A DNA stretch of 64,000 nt from Octopus vulgaris (GCA_951406725.2 OX597820.1:5022001-5086000); one strand, 5' to 3'. Shown: positions 1 to 12,671, counted from the stretch's first letter. The notes: generated by a model not told the origin, from the sequence alone. Made by a program: numbers and translations.

Positions 1-146
1 CCATGCTGGAGCACCGCATTTAGTCGAGCAAAGCGAGCCCAGAACTTATTCCTTGTAAGCCTAGTACTTATTCTATCGGTCTCTTATGCCGAACCGCTAA
101 GTTACGCTGACGTAAACACACCAGCAACGGTTACAAGCGATGTTAA

Positions 147-206
<60 letters not shown>

Positions 207-303
207 CACACACACACACAACACACACATATGTATATATATATATATATATATATACGACAGGTTTCTTTCAGTTTCCTTCTACCAAATCCACTCACAA
301 GAC
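1..303 (-). mobile_element. SINE family A (tRNA head, internal microsatellite, CR1-like tail), partial copy
   Basis: Reverse complement of the family body seen at 2479-2852 and 44234-44663, with an internal (CA)n/(TA)n tract. Confidence 0.85.
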
Positions 304-406
304 TGTCTGTCTGTCTGTCTGTTTGTCTGTCTATCTGTCTGTCTGTCTATCTGTCTGTCTGTATCTCCCTCTCTCTCTATCTCTATCTGTCTGTCTGTCT
401 GTCTTC

Positions 407-494
<88 letters not shown>

Positions 495-495
495 A

Positions 496-528
<33 letters not shown>

Positions 529-600
529 TTCTGTCTGTCTTTCTGTCTGTCTATCTGTCTGTCTGCTTGTCTGTCTGTCTATTTGTCTATCTGTCTGTCC
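304..600. repeat. (TCTG)n/(TCTA)n compound microsatellite
   Basis: Read directly. Confidence 0.95.
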
Positions 601-772
601 ACCCTCACGCCCATCTGTCTACCTACTTATCTACACTCACCGTTTTATTCAAATATCTGTTCACACCAAACCACCCGTGTATCAACGGAACTATATTCAA
701 CAATTCACACGCCATCCCACCCCACCAAATACCCTGAACAATTAAAAATAAACCATCTCACGTAACATTTAC

Positions 773-845
773 CTGGCGTTAATGTTTTGCCGATGAAATG
801 TGTCACACCTCACCCTGGTTCTGACCGATTTCCTCCAAACATAAC
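773..845 (-). CDS. Candidate 73-nt internal exon of an unidentified minus-strand host gene (GYVWRKSVRTRVRCDTFHRQNINA)
   Basis: Strong acceptor ttttttttttcttttcatcatcAG and donor CAG|GTAAAT. Only the phase-1 frame is open, matching the phase-1 donor at 11572. Confidence 0.35.
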
Positions 846-1699
846 CTGATGATGAAAAGAAAAAAAAAACTAATCAACTCTACAATTCTGTCTGGACAAC
901 ACCCTCAATAAAATGCTGCACACCACCCTGATTATCGAATACGCAATAATAGAGCTATTCGTTTTAATGCTTAGGATTTCACATGCTGATTATTTTTCTA
1001 TCCTTGTGTACCCTGGGTGGTTCATAAATGATCGGATAATTCCGGTGCGTGCAATATTTTAATTAAATACACGTGAGGCATTTCCGGGTGGCGTGGAGTG
1101 TCTAGCATGTTAATCCCACCCTTAATGAACTATTTCTCAAGCAAAAATATTCTTATGTTGTTTCAATCGGCTGATGTTTTTTTTTTTCCTTTTTGGTTTG
1201 TAGTGAGATTCCTGTAGATGTTGCTGTTTAACCCTTGGTCACTCGTAATCCACACAACCCATTACCAAAAGCATTCTCTTCCGTCATCGTTCGATCCATA
1301 ATATTCTGAGATGGTCAACGATTTTGTATAGATAAGGAGTTATCTCCCTTGCAGGACATTGTTAACAGCGCATGACTAGAACTGGGAGAAGGTATATCCG
1401 GTGCATACCTGGAATGCTTGGGCGAGAGAGAGTTTCTTGCTGTGAGATTACACGACCCCCCCCTTTTTTTTCTCTTTAAAGACAGTAATATGGAATTTAA
1501 AAAAAGATTTGGTTGCTGCTTCCAGCCATGTAGAGGTTTTGACATTGTTGTTTCCACATCGGCTGTTGTTTAACCCCAGGCTAGGCTTGATTCAGTGCAT
1601 CTTTGACAGAAAGCATTTTAATTGTGATGAGCCTGTCTTTCATTCAGACGTACTAAGCCCTGAATCACATTATCAAATGTATCCTGCACATACATAGGA

Positions 1700-1730
<31 letters not shown>

Positions 1731-1972
1731 GTGTCTGTGTGAATGTATATCTATGTATCTATACATACATACATATATGTATGTATATATGTGTGTGTGT
1801 CTATATATGTATATATATAATATTAGGGAGTATAACTCCAAACTTACAGATATAAGTTATATATTAAAAAAAAATTATATATATACATATATATATATTA
1901 TTTGTTATTTACTTATTGATTTATGTCTATCACTGTTTGAATTGCATGATAGTGGTTTTATCTCTAATTCAT

Positions 1973-2009
<37 letters not shown>

Positions 2010-2012
2010 ATA

Positions 2013-2397
2013 TCTATATATCTATATAAACGGCAGTTTGTCTGTGCGTTTTCTGTGTGTCTGTTTGCTTGTACCCTCACCCTGACCACGGCTTTCAACC
2101 GCTTCTGATGAAACTTGACACACACATAGCCCAATGTCATAATTCAAAACTAACGCAGCGAAAATTTTGAAAAGTTCCCCCAGTTCTGAAAAAAATCGAT
2201 AAATTCGACATGGGGTCGAGAATCAGAAACCCAAACCACAGACCGTCTAGGGGACGCAACTCCACCTTTTTTAACTCTCAAAAAAAAATTACCATCATTT
2301 TTTTCCATCTTTTTGCTATTTTTTGGCTATAACTCTCTAAAAATGCTTTATAGTTATTTCCCTTACAAACCTGAGCAACGCCGGGCGATACTGCTAG
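2013..2397 (+). mobile_element. Non-autonomous Helitron
   Basis: TC-type start within a TA tract (exact start ambiguous); subterminal CTGAGCAACGCCGGG hairpin; CTAG end followed by T; 3' ~115 bp shared with 6285-6681. Confidence 0.75.
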
Positions 2398-2478
2398 TAT
2401 TTTAAATAACAATCTAATCAAGTGGTAGCATGAGAGGAAAAACCTTATAGGTTATAATTAAAATTAAAATTGTAAATA

Positions 2479-2852
2479 GGCGCAGGAGTGGCTGTGTGGT
2501 AAGTAGTTTGCTTTCCAGCCACATGGTTCCGGGTTCAGTCCCACTGCGTGTCTTCTACTATAGCCTCGGGCCAACCAATGCTTTGTGAGTGGATTTGGTA
2601 GATGTATGTATGTATGTATGTATGTATGTATGTATGTATGTATGTATGTATGTGTATGTGTGTATGTGTTTGTCCCCCCCACCACCATCGCTTGACAACC
2701 AATGTTGGTGTGTTTGCATTCCTGTAATTTAACGGTTCGGCAAAAGAGATCGATAGAATAGAATAAGTCCCGGGGTCGGTTTGCTCGTCTAAAGACGGTG
2801 CTCCAGCATAGCCGCAGTCAAATGACTGAAACAAATAAAAGAATAAAAGAAT
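2479..2852 (+). mobile_element. SINE family A, near full length, internal (TATG)n
   Basis: A box TGGCTGTGTGG, B box GGTTCAGTCCC; tail ACGGTGCTCCAGCATAGCCGCAGTCAAATGACTGAAAC followed by (TAAAAGA)-type repeats. Confidence 0.9.
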
Positions 2853-2875
2853 AAGGGTATCTAAGAGATACCACC

Positions 2876-3046
2876 ATGCTTGAAATAGCAGTCAAAACGT
2901 GCCTCTAAAACCACATTGGATAATTCCGGACCCTGGGTTTCTGGCTTTGTATAAAAGTACTTTGCATTTGTCAAGAGCCAGAAACCCAGGGTCCGGAATT
3001 ATCCAATGTGGTTTTAGAGGTAAGTTTTGACTGCTATTTCAAGCAT
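2876..3046. repeat. Inverted repeat, ~70-bp arms with ~27-nt spacer
   Basis: atgcttgaaatagcagtcaaaac...gggtttctggct versus agccagaaacccagg...ctgctatttcaagcat. Confidence 0.9.
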
Positions 3047-3099
3047 ACCCTTATATATATATATATATATTTAAATAAATAATTATATGTTACCTTTTC

Positions 3100-3345
3100 G
3101 AGCCATGGCAGACTTAAAAGGGCCGGTTTCCCGTTTTCAAAGGCGTATAGATTCCTCATTTGGACGGGACTCCAGTCCGTCACAAGATGACTAATATTTT
3201 CCAGCCAAAGGGGACTGGGGCAGCGGGAAATGAAGTTTTTTGCTCAAGAACACAACGCCCAATCTAGTCCGGGAAACGAAACCACAATCTTACGATCACA
3301 AGTCCAACACCCTAACCACTAAGTCAGCCATGCGTCTCCGCACGC
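3100..3345 (-). mobile_element. SINE family D (tRNA head plus CORE-like block), diverged
   Basis: Reverse complement reads tagtggttagggtgttggac...gttgtgttcttgagcaa, as at 41443. Confidence 0.65.
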
Positions 3346-4050
3346 ACACACGCATACACACACATACACAGAAATAAAATGTGAGATATGATTTTAGCAA
3401 TAATTATTCTCTTGAAACATTTTTAGAATTTTTCAATTTTCAATCTTTCTCACAAATTTTCCGGTTACGTAATTTTCTTCTTATTATATGGTTATTTATA
3501 GTTTGGTTTTCTCTTAAACTTATTTTTTCCGTACTTCATAAACCTAAGCAATATATAATGTCAGATAAATATGAGATCATGGACAACTATTTTAACTAGT
3601 TTTTTATGGAGATGACCTGCTTCTACAGCTGTCATAAACTTCAGTTACAGTAGCGTCGTTGCTGTCAGGTTTTAGTTTCATTTTCCCATGCAACCTGTTC
3701 TATATTATATACAGAGTTAATCCCAACAGTTTCTCACATTATTCATTTGTTTCGATTTTGAATATGTTTCCAAATTATTTTTATACGAAACGGGAACTGT
3801 CAGTGCTACTTAATGTTCAAGCAACACACTCAAGTCAGTTTGACCGTCACACATTTTGGTGAAGCAACGAAACGCATCGGCGTAGAATTGTGAATGTTTT
3901 CCCGTAATTTACTATCGACCATTCACTTGTGCCTCTGAGGGTAACTTTGTAGGTGCAATCCTATGGTCATTCATGTCCGAAGGGGTTTCGAATTCACAAT
4001 ATATTTATTAGTAACTATAACATTACCTAGTTATCTTCTGAAATATTTAC

Positions 4051-4775
4051 AGGACGCCATTTGAGGATCGTATCTTTATTACATAGCTACCGACACTTAG
4101 TGAATGTTTTTTCCTCAGGGTTGCTACAAACTGGTAAAATGTATTGGTAAAAGTTATTTATTCTATTATATTTTCCGGCATAGTGTATCTAGGATAAAAC
4201 TGTCTAATATGCGCTACTGTTTTATGAATATAGCGTGATTCTTGGATGATTTGACTGATACTTATAGCAGGTCAAACCACTCCACAATGTTATTAATAAA
4301 TCCAGTGAAATTAGTTTTTAATAAAAGTAGATACTCATAGTTTAATCGTAATCAAAAATATCTAATTAAATGGTTACGTAATTTATTTGGGAGTTAAACA
4401 AGTCCATTGCGCAATTCTAATTCTCATGAATTAAGATTTCCGAGTTCTCTCCCTTAACTACCTTCGTCAGATGCAGTCATCGAATCAATGTTTTCTTCTT
4501 GTAGTTTATACGAACATCTGATATGTTTGGTTCACCAGATGAAGTAAAATGGACATAACTATGTGATGACCATGCGGACGGCGTGTCTACGTAAGTTTCC
4601 TTGGTCATTATACGCATACATATAGGAATGTATATACACAAATATAATGCCGCCCCTTGTATGTAACATAACAGAGAGAGATTATAATTTACACGGGTTG
4701 GGTGTTAACATGGCAGCGATAACACGCAATAGGACGCCATTTGAGGATCGTATCTTTATTACATAGCTACCGACA
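4051..4775. mobile_element. ~680-bp unit bounded by an exact 45-bp direct repeat, containing a degenerate hammerhead motif
   Basis: aggacgccatttgaggatcgtatctttattacatagctaccgaca at 4051-4095 and 4731-4775; CTGACGA...GAAA on the minus strand at 4427-4475. Confidence 0.5.
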
Positions 4776-4842
4776 TTTACTATCAATATCGCTTTGGCGC
4801 GCGCGCGCGCACGTGTGTACGAGTGTATGTGTATTTTCTCTT

Positions 4843-5133
4843 TTTCTCTCTTTTCTCTTTTACTTGTTTCAGTCATTTGACTGCGGCCATGCTGGAGCAC
4901 CGCCTTTAGTCAAGCAAATCGACCCCGGGACTTATTCTTTGTAAGCCCAGTACTTATTCTATCGGTCTCTTTTGCCGAACCGCTAAGTTACAGGGACGTA
5001 AACACACCAGCATTGGTTGTCAAGCAATGCTAGGGGGACAAACACAAACACACACACATATATATATACATATATACGACACGCTTCTTTCAGTTTCCGT
5101 CTACCAAATCCACTCACAAGGCATTGGTCGGCC
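4843..5133 (-). mobile_element. SINE family A, 5'-truncated
   Basis: Matches family body and tail. Confidence 0.9.
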
Positions 5134-5357
5134 ACATATATATATATATATTGGAAGGTTTGGAGATGATGTACAGGTATTTTATATTAGAAGAAATGAG
5201 GTACTCAGAAAATCGGATGGTTTATATTTACAGATATTTATTTGTATATTACATTTTTTATATATATCATATAACTTAGATCATGTATTAGCGCTTTCTC
5301 CCATTCTAATGGGGTTTTCAAATCAAACTATGTATATATATGTGTGTGTGTGTGTGA

Positions 5358-5394
<37 letters not shown>

Positions 5395-5760
5395 AATGTA
5401 TGTACTTATATATGCGTATATGTAAATATGTATCTATGGCAGCCTGTATATATGTCATGTAAATATATATGTACACACACACACATATACATTTATACAT
5501 ATTCACAGGTATGTATATATATATGCATATTTCCGCATATAAAGGAATATATGTTGACATATATATATATATATATCTAAACTCAAAATAAGCAACAAGG
5601 ATATCCGTGGTAGTGTAGTATAATCGTTTCATGCAACTTCATTTTATTAAACGCCCCATTTATAATCACCCCCATTTGATTTATATGGATAATACCATAC
5701 AAAATTCTGGTGCCTTTAACTTAAGTGCCATAGTCATCTGAATCTAAATTTTGCTGAACT

Positions 5761-5850
<90 letters not shown>

Positions 5851-6080
5851 CATACATACATATATGTACACACACAAACACACACACACACACACATATA
5901 TATACATATATAAACACACGCACACACACATATGTATATGTATATAGAAAATATACAGGGTAGACGATTTAGAGAAATTTTCTCCCAGTGGCTAGCATGC
6001 ATAATTGAGTCAATAGACGACATATTTTTTTCTATAAAATTTGTGTACATTTCTATACACAAAAGAGGTGAACTAACGCC

Positions 6081-6147
6081 TATGCTGGTGAGGACACGGA
6101 TGGCAAAATATTCTATCTGTTCATTGGTGCGGAAACCTAGGTACATA
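6081..6147 (+). ncRNA. Type I hammerhead ribozyme motif (A6>G variant)
   Basis: tatg-CTGGTGA-[imperfect helix II]-GAAA-CCTAGG-TA|cata; helix I tatg/cata; palindrome ACCTAGGT; predicted cut after 6143. Confidence 0.6.
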
Positions 6148-6284
6148 TGTAACTATCGAAAATGATTTTATTTTTCATCCCTTTCGAAATTATTCTTATC
6201 CGTGGTTTGGACTTTGACTGCTCTTCTTAGGATGCAAAGTTTCCTGTTGAGTTCACCCCTTTTGTTTATAGAAATGTACAGAAA

Positions 6285-6681
6285 TTTTTATATATAAAAG
6301 AGAGGTTGTGTGTCTGTCTCCTACGATTTAGATTCCTAACTACTCCCACATTTTGCGGTGCATTTTAACCAAAACCGGGTATCTTATAGTCGTGATTCAT
6401 ATCGAGCCCTTCTGGGTATTAGCGCGCGTCTACGATGAGTCTACGATTTAAAAAAAAAATTACCATTATTTTTTTCCATTTTAATGCATTTTTTCGCTAT
6501 TATATAAGGGAAGTAACTCTCTAAAAATGTCTACGATGAGTCAACGATTTAAAAAAAAATTTACCGTAATTTTTTTTCCATTTTTAATGCATTTTTTGCT
6601 ATTTTTTGGCTATAACTCTCTAAAAATGCTTATATAGTTATTTCCCTTACAAACCCGAGCAACGCCGGGCGATACTGCTAG
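6285..6681 (+). mobile_element. Non-autonomous Helitron
   Basis: Inserted between A and T without TSD; 3' CCCGAGCAACGCCGGG hairpin plus CTAG; sister copy at 7416-7811. Confidence 0.85.
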
Positions 6682-6770
6682 TTTCATATAAAAGAATATG
6701 TCGTCTATTGACTCTATTAGACATGCTAGCCACTGGGAGAAAATTTCTTTAAATATTTTACCCTGTATAT

Positions 6771-7125
6771 TCTCTATATTATAAATCTGAAATGCGACAA
6801 AAGTTTGTTTGTCTGGTTTGGGCTTTGGAACGGGTTAAGTGGCACTAAATGCGGTTGGGTTCGCTCCAAAATTAACAGGCACATGTAAAAAGAGTGGGCT
6901 AGGTTAGAAATCCCTATCTCAAAAGCTGTGGTTACTAGGGCAAAACCCCACACACTTTGACAAATGTATGTCGTTTCCATCTTTCTCATATCTGCCTGTC
7001 TTCCTCCGTCTCTCTCTCTCTCTTTCTCTCTCTCTCTACATTCCCATGTTTTCTCTATAACGACGTTTGACAGCTTCCACTATCCTTCCCCCGCTACAAT
7101 TGCCAGCTCTGTTACTCTTTCTGCC

Positions 7126-7161
<36 letters not shown>

Positions 7162-7340
7162 CGTCTGTCTGCACTATCTCTCTATAACTTTCTCTCTATA
7201 ACGACGTTTGACAGCTTCGCCGTCTCTCTGTCACTCTTTCTTCCACCACCTCTCTCACTGTACTTCTGTCCCTATCTATACAGAGAAAGCGTGACAGTAG
7301 CAACAGTTTAAATATCCCCGTCTTTTAGAACGGCGAATTA
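6771..7340 (+). mobile_element. Possible further Helitron-type fragment
   Basis: TCTCTATATTATAAA start followed by GTTTGTTTGTCTG; CCGT...ACGG hairpin near 7318; no clean CTAG end. Confidence 0.3.
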
Positions 7341-7415
7341 TTATCGCCCACCACCATCGCACAATCATAACAGATATTATTAATCAGATATATTGTGTTA
7401 ATCTATATATATATA

Positions 7416-7811
7416 CTAGCAGTATCGCCCGGCGTTGCTCGGGTTGTAAGGGAAATAACTATATAAGCTTTTTTAGAGAGTTATAGCCAAAAAATAGCAA
7501 AAAAATGCATTAAAAATTGAAAAAAAATTAAGGTAAATTTTTTTTTTAAATCGTTGATACATCGTAGATATTTTTAGAGAGTTACTTCCCTTATATAAAA
7601 GCGAAAAAAATGCATTCAAATGGAAAAATATGATGGTAAATTTTTTTTAAATCGTAGACTCATCGTAGACGCGCGCTAATACCCAGAAGGGCTCGATATG
7701 CATCACGACTATAAGATACCCGCTTTTGGTTAAACTGCACGGCAAAATGTGGGAGTAGTTACGAATCTAAATCGAAGGGGACAGACACACAACTTCACTC
7801 TTATATAAAGA
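7416..7811 (-). mobile_element. Non-autonomous Helitron, same subfamily as 6285-6681, inverted
   Basis: Minus strand reads A|TCTTTATATAAGAG...CCCGAGCAACGCCGGGCGATACTGCTAG|T. Confidence 0.9.
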
Positions 7812-8139
7812 TGCTTATTTTTTTTCAGTCATAGAGTTAGATTTATGAAGGTCTTCAGTAGAAAATCCTTCGAATTCTGACTCGCTGCTTGATATAATGA
7901 AATTCGTATCCATTTTTTGTCAGAATTACAAATTTTGAAAACACAATAGGAACAAATTTCGGAAAAAAATCTCCCATAATTCACGGAATTAAAATTACAC
8001 TTCGATTTTTGTACAAAACTGTATTTGAAGTGTTTACGAAGTATAATACGTGTTTTCACGAATGTACTAAAGAGATTTACTCTGATATTCTCATTTAAAT
8101 ATGAATAGGTAAATTCGGGCGGTTTGGTAACGAAAGGGT

Positions 8140-9055
<916 letters not shown>

Positions 9056-9401
9056 CTATAAAATGAAGAAGGCGAACGTTGATACAATTTGGATTTTTAT
9101 GTAAAAAGGGGTCTAAATGGGGCTGGAAAGGGATTGAAATTTACAGGAGGGGATAACTTGAGGTGATAAATTGATTGGGAGACGTTTTGGGGCGCTACAG
9201 TGGATGCTTTGGCGTGAAAACGGGGTTTTATTGATCTTTGGGGATACTTGGAGGTCTAGATTGGACACCTTTGGCTTGATTTCAATCAAATTTTCAACAT
9301 GGTAAAGTGGAACCTTATAACACAAGCCTTCTGTAGTTTTTTCACTCTTTTTTATTTTTTATACATCCAACCACGTGCTTTCACGCACCAACTCTCTCAG
9401 C

Positions 9402-9462
<61 letters not shown>

Positions 9463-9649
9463 CTATTAGAGTTTCTGTTAGCCTCATGAAGGGTTGGTGT
9501 CATCCAAGGAAATACTGCTTCAATACCTAATATTGGGGGGGGGGATGAATTGATTTCCTTAAAATAATAAGCGTATATATAGACTGTAGTTCATACTGAT
9601 ATAAAGGAAGAAAAAGAAAATGGAGATTTTGAAGTTAATAAATATTTAT

Positions 9650-9955
9650 TATCAACAACAAATCGAGCATTATTCCTTACAGCTGTTTCAATTATACTCA
9701 GTGAATTAAATATTAAGTTCATATTTCTGAGCATAATCTTTTCAGTGAGAAAAATATACCTTTAGATGTTTGGTATGTTTGTTTGTAGATTGATCACAGC
9801 AGACTCTGAGATATGAACTTAATATTTGATTAATTCACTGTGTGTAATTGAAACAGCTGTAAGGTATAATAATCGATTTTTTGTTGATACTCTACCTCTG
9901 GTATTTGAGTACTCTTTTTTCCACCTTGTTTCACGTTTAGGTGCTTACTCCGGTA
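9650..9955. mobile_element. Fold-back pLTR-like element with GAAACAGCTGTA hammerhead half-core
   Basis: Arms ~9650-9730 and ~9804-9889; 9890-9955 is the reverse complement of ~41822-41890. Confidence 0.6.
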
Positions 9956-10165
9956 TATATATATATATATATAAGTAGTTGAATGAATTATCTTAGTATG
10001 GATAATTCGGTTAACCGATACCTGGGCAGCAAATTCACGTCAGAAAAACACGGTTGAAGCTACATGCCAAGGGCAGAGATCACGTGCTTTCGTGTGGAAA
10101 TTTGTGTGTCTTTTTTTAGTACAAATAAATGAAAGAATGGAGTTGAACGACGATTTAACAAAATT

Positions 10166-10260
10166 CCTTTATTCTCGACATATGTTTCAAAGGCTGCATA
10201 TTCCTAATTTCGAAGGAATAAGGGGTGCATTATGCCGCCTTCTCATCAGGAAAAATAAGG
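10166..10260 (-). ncRNA. Type I hammerhead ribozyme, canonical core
   Basis: ccttatttttc-CTGATGA-gaaggc...gccttt-GAAA-CATATG-TC|gagaataaagg; GUC site with cut between 10177 and 10176; palindrome ACATATGT. Confidence 0.8.
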
Positions 10261-10301
10261 AACTTATGTCAGCATCAAGATGAACAAAACTTTTAGATGG
10301 C

Positions 10302-10340
10302 TGCCCACACGGAGTCCATAGCGATAATGGACTCCGTGTG

Positions 10341-10344
<4 letters not shown>
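10302..10344. repeat. Perfect 18-bp hairpin ending the hammerhead-bearing element at a (TA)n tract
   Basis: tgcccacacggagtccat-agcgata-atggactccgtgtgggca. Confidence 0.9.
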
Positions 10345-10387
<43 letters not shown>

Positions 10388-10389
<2 letters not shown>

Positions 10390-11162
10390 CAATAATAATT
10401 CTCTAAAAGAGATATAGACAGTAACTGCTCGATAACATAAGGGACTAAAGCCATCTGAATATGGCTAGGGACGGGCAGGGTGGTGGGGGTGTTACTGTTG
10501 CATTTAGCCCCAGGCGAACATCGACGTCACCAGAAAGGCTCGACACCGTCACGGTGCCCTTAACCTGCAAAGGAAGCGGAAGCCTACCACACGCCGACGA
10601 TAGGCAATACACCTTGAAACCATGGTCCGTGTGTGGTTTCCGCTTCATCGGGGAATTACCTCCCTTTGCAGGTTAAGGGCACCGTGACGGTGTCGAGCCT
10701 TTCTGGTGACGTCGATGTTCGCCTGGGGCTAAATGCAACAGTAACACCCCCACCACCCTGCCCTGTCCCTAGCCATATTCAGATGGCTTTAGTCCCTTAT
10801 GTTATCGAGCAGTTACTGTCTATATCTCTTTTAGAGAATTATTATTGCTTTCGAACAGATTTTCGAAATCAGCAAATGTATTTTGCTTGAAAATCTATAT
10901 ATGAATATCCTGCAGAGTGAGAATTCGTCGAGGAAGCGGAAGCCTACCACACGCCGACGATAGGCAATACACCTTGAAACCATGGTCCGTGTGTGGTTTC
11001 CGCTTCATCGGGGAATTACCTCCCTTTGCAGGTTAAGGGCACCGTGACGGTGTCGAGCCTTTCTGGTGACGTCGATGTTCGCCTGGGGCTAAATGCAACA
11101 GTAACACCCCCACCACCCTGCCCTGTCCCTAGCCATATTCAGATGGCTTTAGTCCCTTATGT

Positions 11163-11165
<3 letters not shown>
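10388..11165. mobile_element. 360-bp-unit structured non-coding element: 1.65 tandem units plus an inverted partial unit, in (TA)n
   Basis: 10571-10805 equals 10931-11165 (period 360); 10388-10573 is the inverted copy of 10663-10849; homologue at 54992-55360. Confidence 0.85.
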
Positions 11166-11198
<33 letters not shown>

Positions 11199-11243
11199 TG
11201 GGACAAGAATGCAAAACGTCCGGAAAACAAGGTGATACAAAAA

Positions 11244-11444
11244 GGGACAACAAAACATCCACATAGACGATACAAAAAAAAGCAAGGACGGGTCATTCGA
11301 AGCTTTTCTACCTCAGTCAAGAACTGGATCATCCTCGCAATTTCGGCTGTGCGAGGATGATCTGGTTCTTGACTGAGGATAGAAAGCTACGAATGACCCG
11401 TCCTTGTTTTTTTTGTATCGTCTATGTAGATGTTCTGTTGTCCC
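11244..11444. repeat. Fold-back element (~95-bp arms) with minimal hammerhead-like motif
   Basis: Arms 11244-11339 and 11350-11444; CTGAGGA-ta-GAAA-GC-TA at 11373-11389; flanked by (TA)n. Confidence 0.7.
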
Positions 11445-11453
11445 ATTTTGCAT

Positions 11454-11538
<85 letters not shown>

Positions 11539-11571
11539 TAGTGTAGCAGTTGCGCATAATCGAAATCTCAC

Positions 11572-11806
11572 CTGTCTGTGCCACAGGTGTTGTACTCGGA
11601 CCATGCGGAGCTCGATACCTCTCGCTACAAGTCTTGTCGTTAGAAGCACCGAAGGTAAAAGCGAGAACAAATATGGCAATATTTATCAGCCGAACATCGC
11701 CATCAATCCACCGTTTAAAAATGACGTCGTATTTTCTTGAATCCAGAACAATAAAAAGTGACCGGGATTTGCTTTGCTTTGACGAAACGAAACCACGTGA
11801 CCACAT
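11572..11806 (-). CDS. Candidate first coding exon (78 codons with hydrophobic segment LINIAIFVLAFTFGA); exon may begin at 11890
   Basis: Non-repetitive CpG-rich island; ATG at 11806; donor CAG|GTGAGA at 11572/11571; weak acceptor at 11891. Confidence 0.3.
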
Positions 11807-12243
11807 TTACACCGTGGTCATGTGGTTTCGTTAGACTCGTTGTATTAGAACAAAGCTGAGAAGAAATGTGAATGAAGCAGCGTGAATAGCCTGTAAATCT
11901 CGATGTTAATAAATAAAACACACACACCTTTATACACAAACGCACACACACGCAGACACACATAGAAACGCGTGTGTATGCGCATGTGTGTGTGCCTGTG
12001 TGTATAAAGGTGTATGTATATACACGGCTGTCAGGTAGGTTTTTTCTGGGTAACTGTTTGCCAATTCTTTCCTGTTCAACAGAGAGTTCTGTGCATTGCT
12101 GCAAGACATCGGCATAGTTTATTAGCTGCAGGAACAATGTTTAGAACAAGATTCCTCAGCCATTCTTACATCAGAACCATTAGCATCAATCAAATTTACA
12201 TGTGCACATGCTTGCACGTACGCGCTCACACACACACTCACCG

Positions 12244-12314
<71 letters not shown>

Positions 12315-12382
12315 GTTTCTGTGTGTTCGTATAAATATATGCATTTATCTTTCTCTCTCTCGCTCGCCCTCCCTCCCTCCCC

Positions 12383-12414
<32 letters not shown>

Positions 12415-12495
12415 CCTATACATATATATATATATATTTTTTTTTTGTACTTGTTTCAGTCATTTGACTGCGGCCATGCTGGAGCACCGCCTTTT

Positions 12496-12660
12496 AGAGT
12501 GGTGAAAGAGTACAGCAGGGATCACCACCATCCCCTGCCGGAGCCTCGTGGAGCGTTTAGGTGTTTTCGCTCAATAAACACACACAACGCCCGGTCTGGG
12601 AATCGAAACCGCGATCCTCCGACCGCAAGTCCGCTGCCCTAACCACTGGGCCATTGCGCA
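12496..12660 (-). mobile_element. SINE family C (tRNA-derived), 5' part
   Basis: Reverse complement gcgcaatggcccagtggttagggcagcggac...ggtttcgattcccagaccgggcg; same as 34817. Confidence 0.85.
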
Positions 12661-12671
12661 TATGTACATTT

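Larger units (their letters stand above)
5942..6779. mobile_element. Fold-back (inverted pLTR-like) element with hammerhead in its spacer; right arm split by a Helitron
   Basis: 5942-6078 is the reverse complement of 6246-6284 joined to 6682-6779. Confidence 0.75.

Noticed and set aside
2104-2120. Isolated CTGATGA hits (also ~846, 20652, 50023, 51228 minus, 61510 minus)
   Set aside because: No correctly placed GAAA, helix III and UH
10590-10660. Minus-strand CCGATGA-AGCG-GAAAC...GUA as the hammerhead of the 360-bp family
   Set aside because: The homologous copy reads CCGAAGAAGCGGATGC (GAAA lost) and these bases pair within the long rod instead
10388-11165. CRISPR array or LTR retrotransposon interpretation
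   Set aside because: Eukaryotic context, no repeat-spacer pattern, no TG..CA ends, PBS or gag/pol
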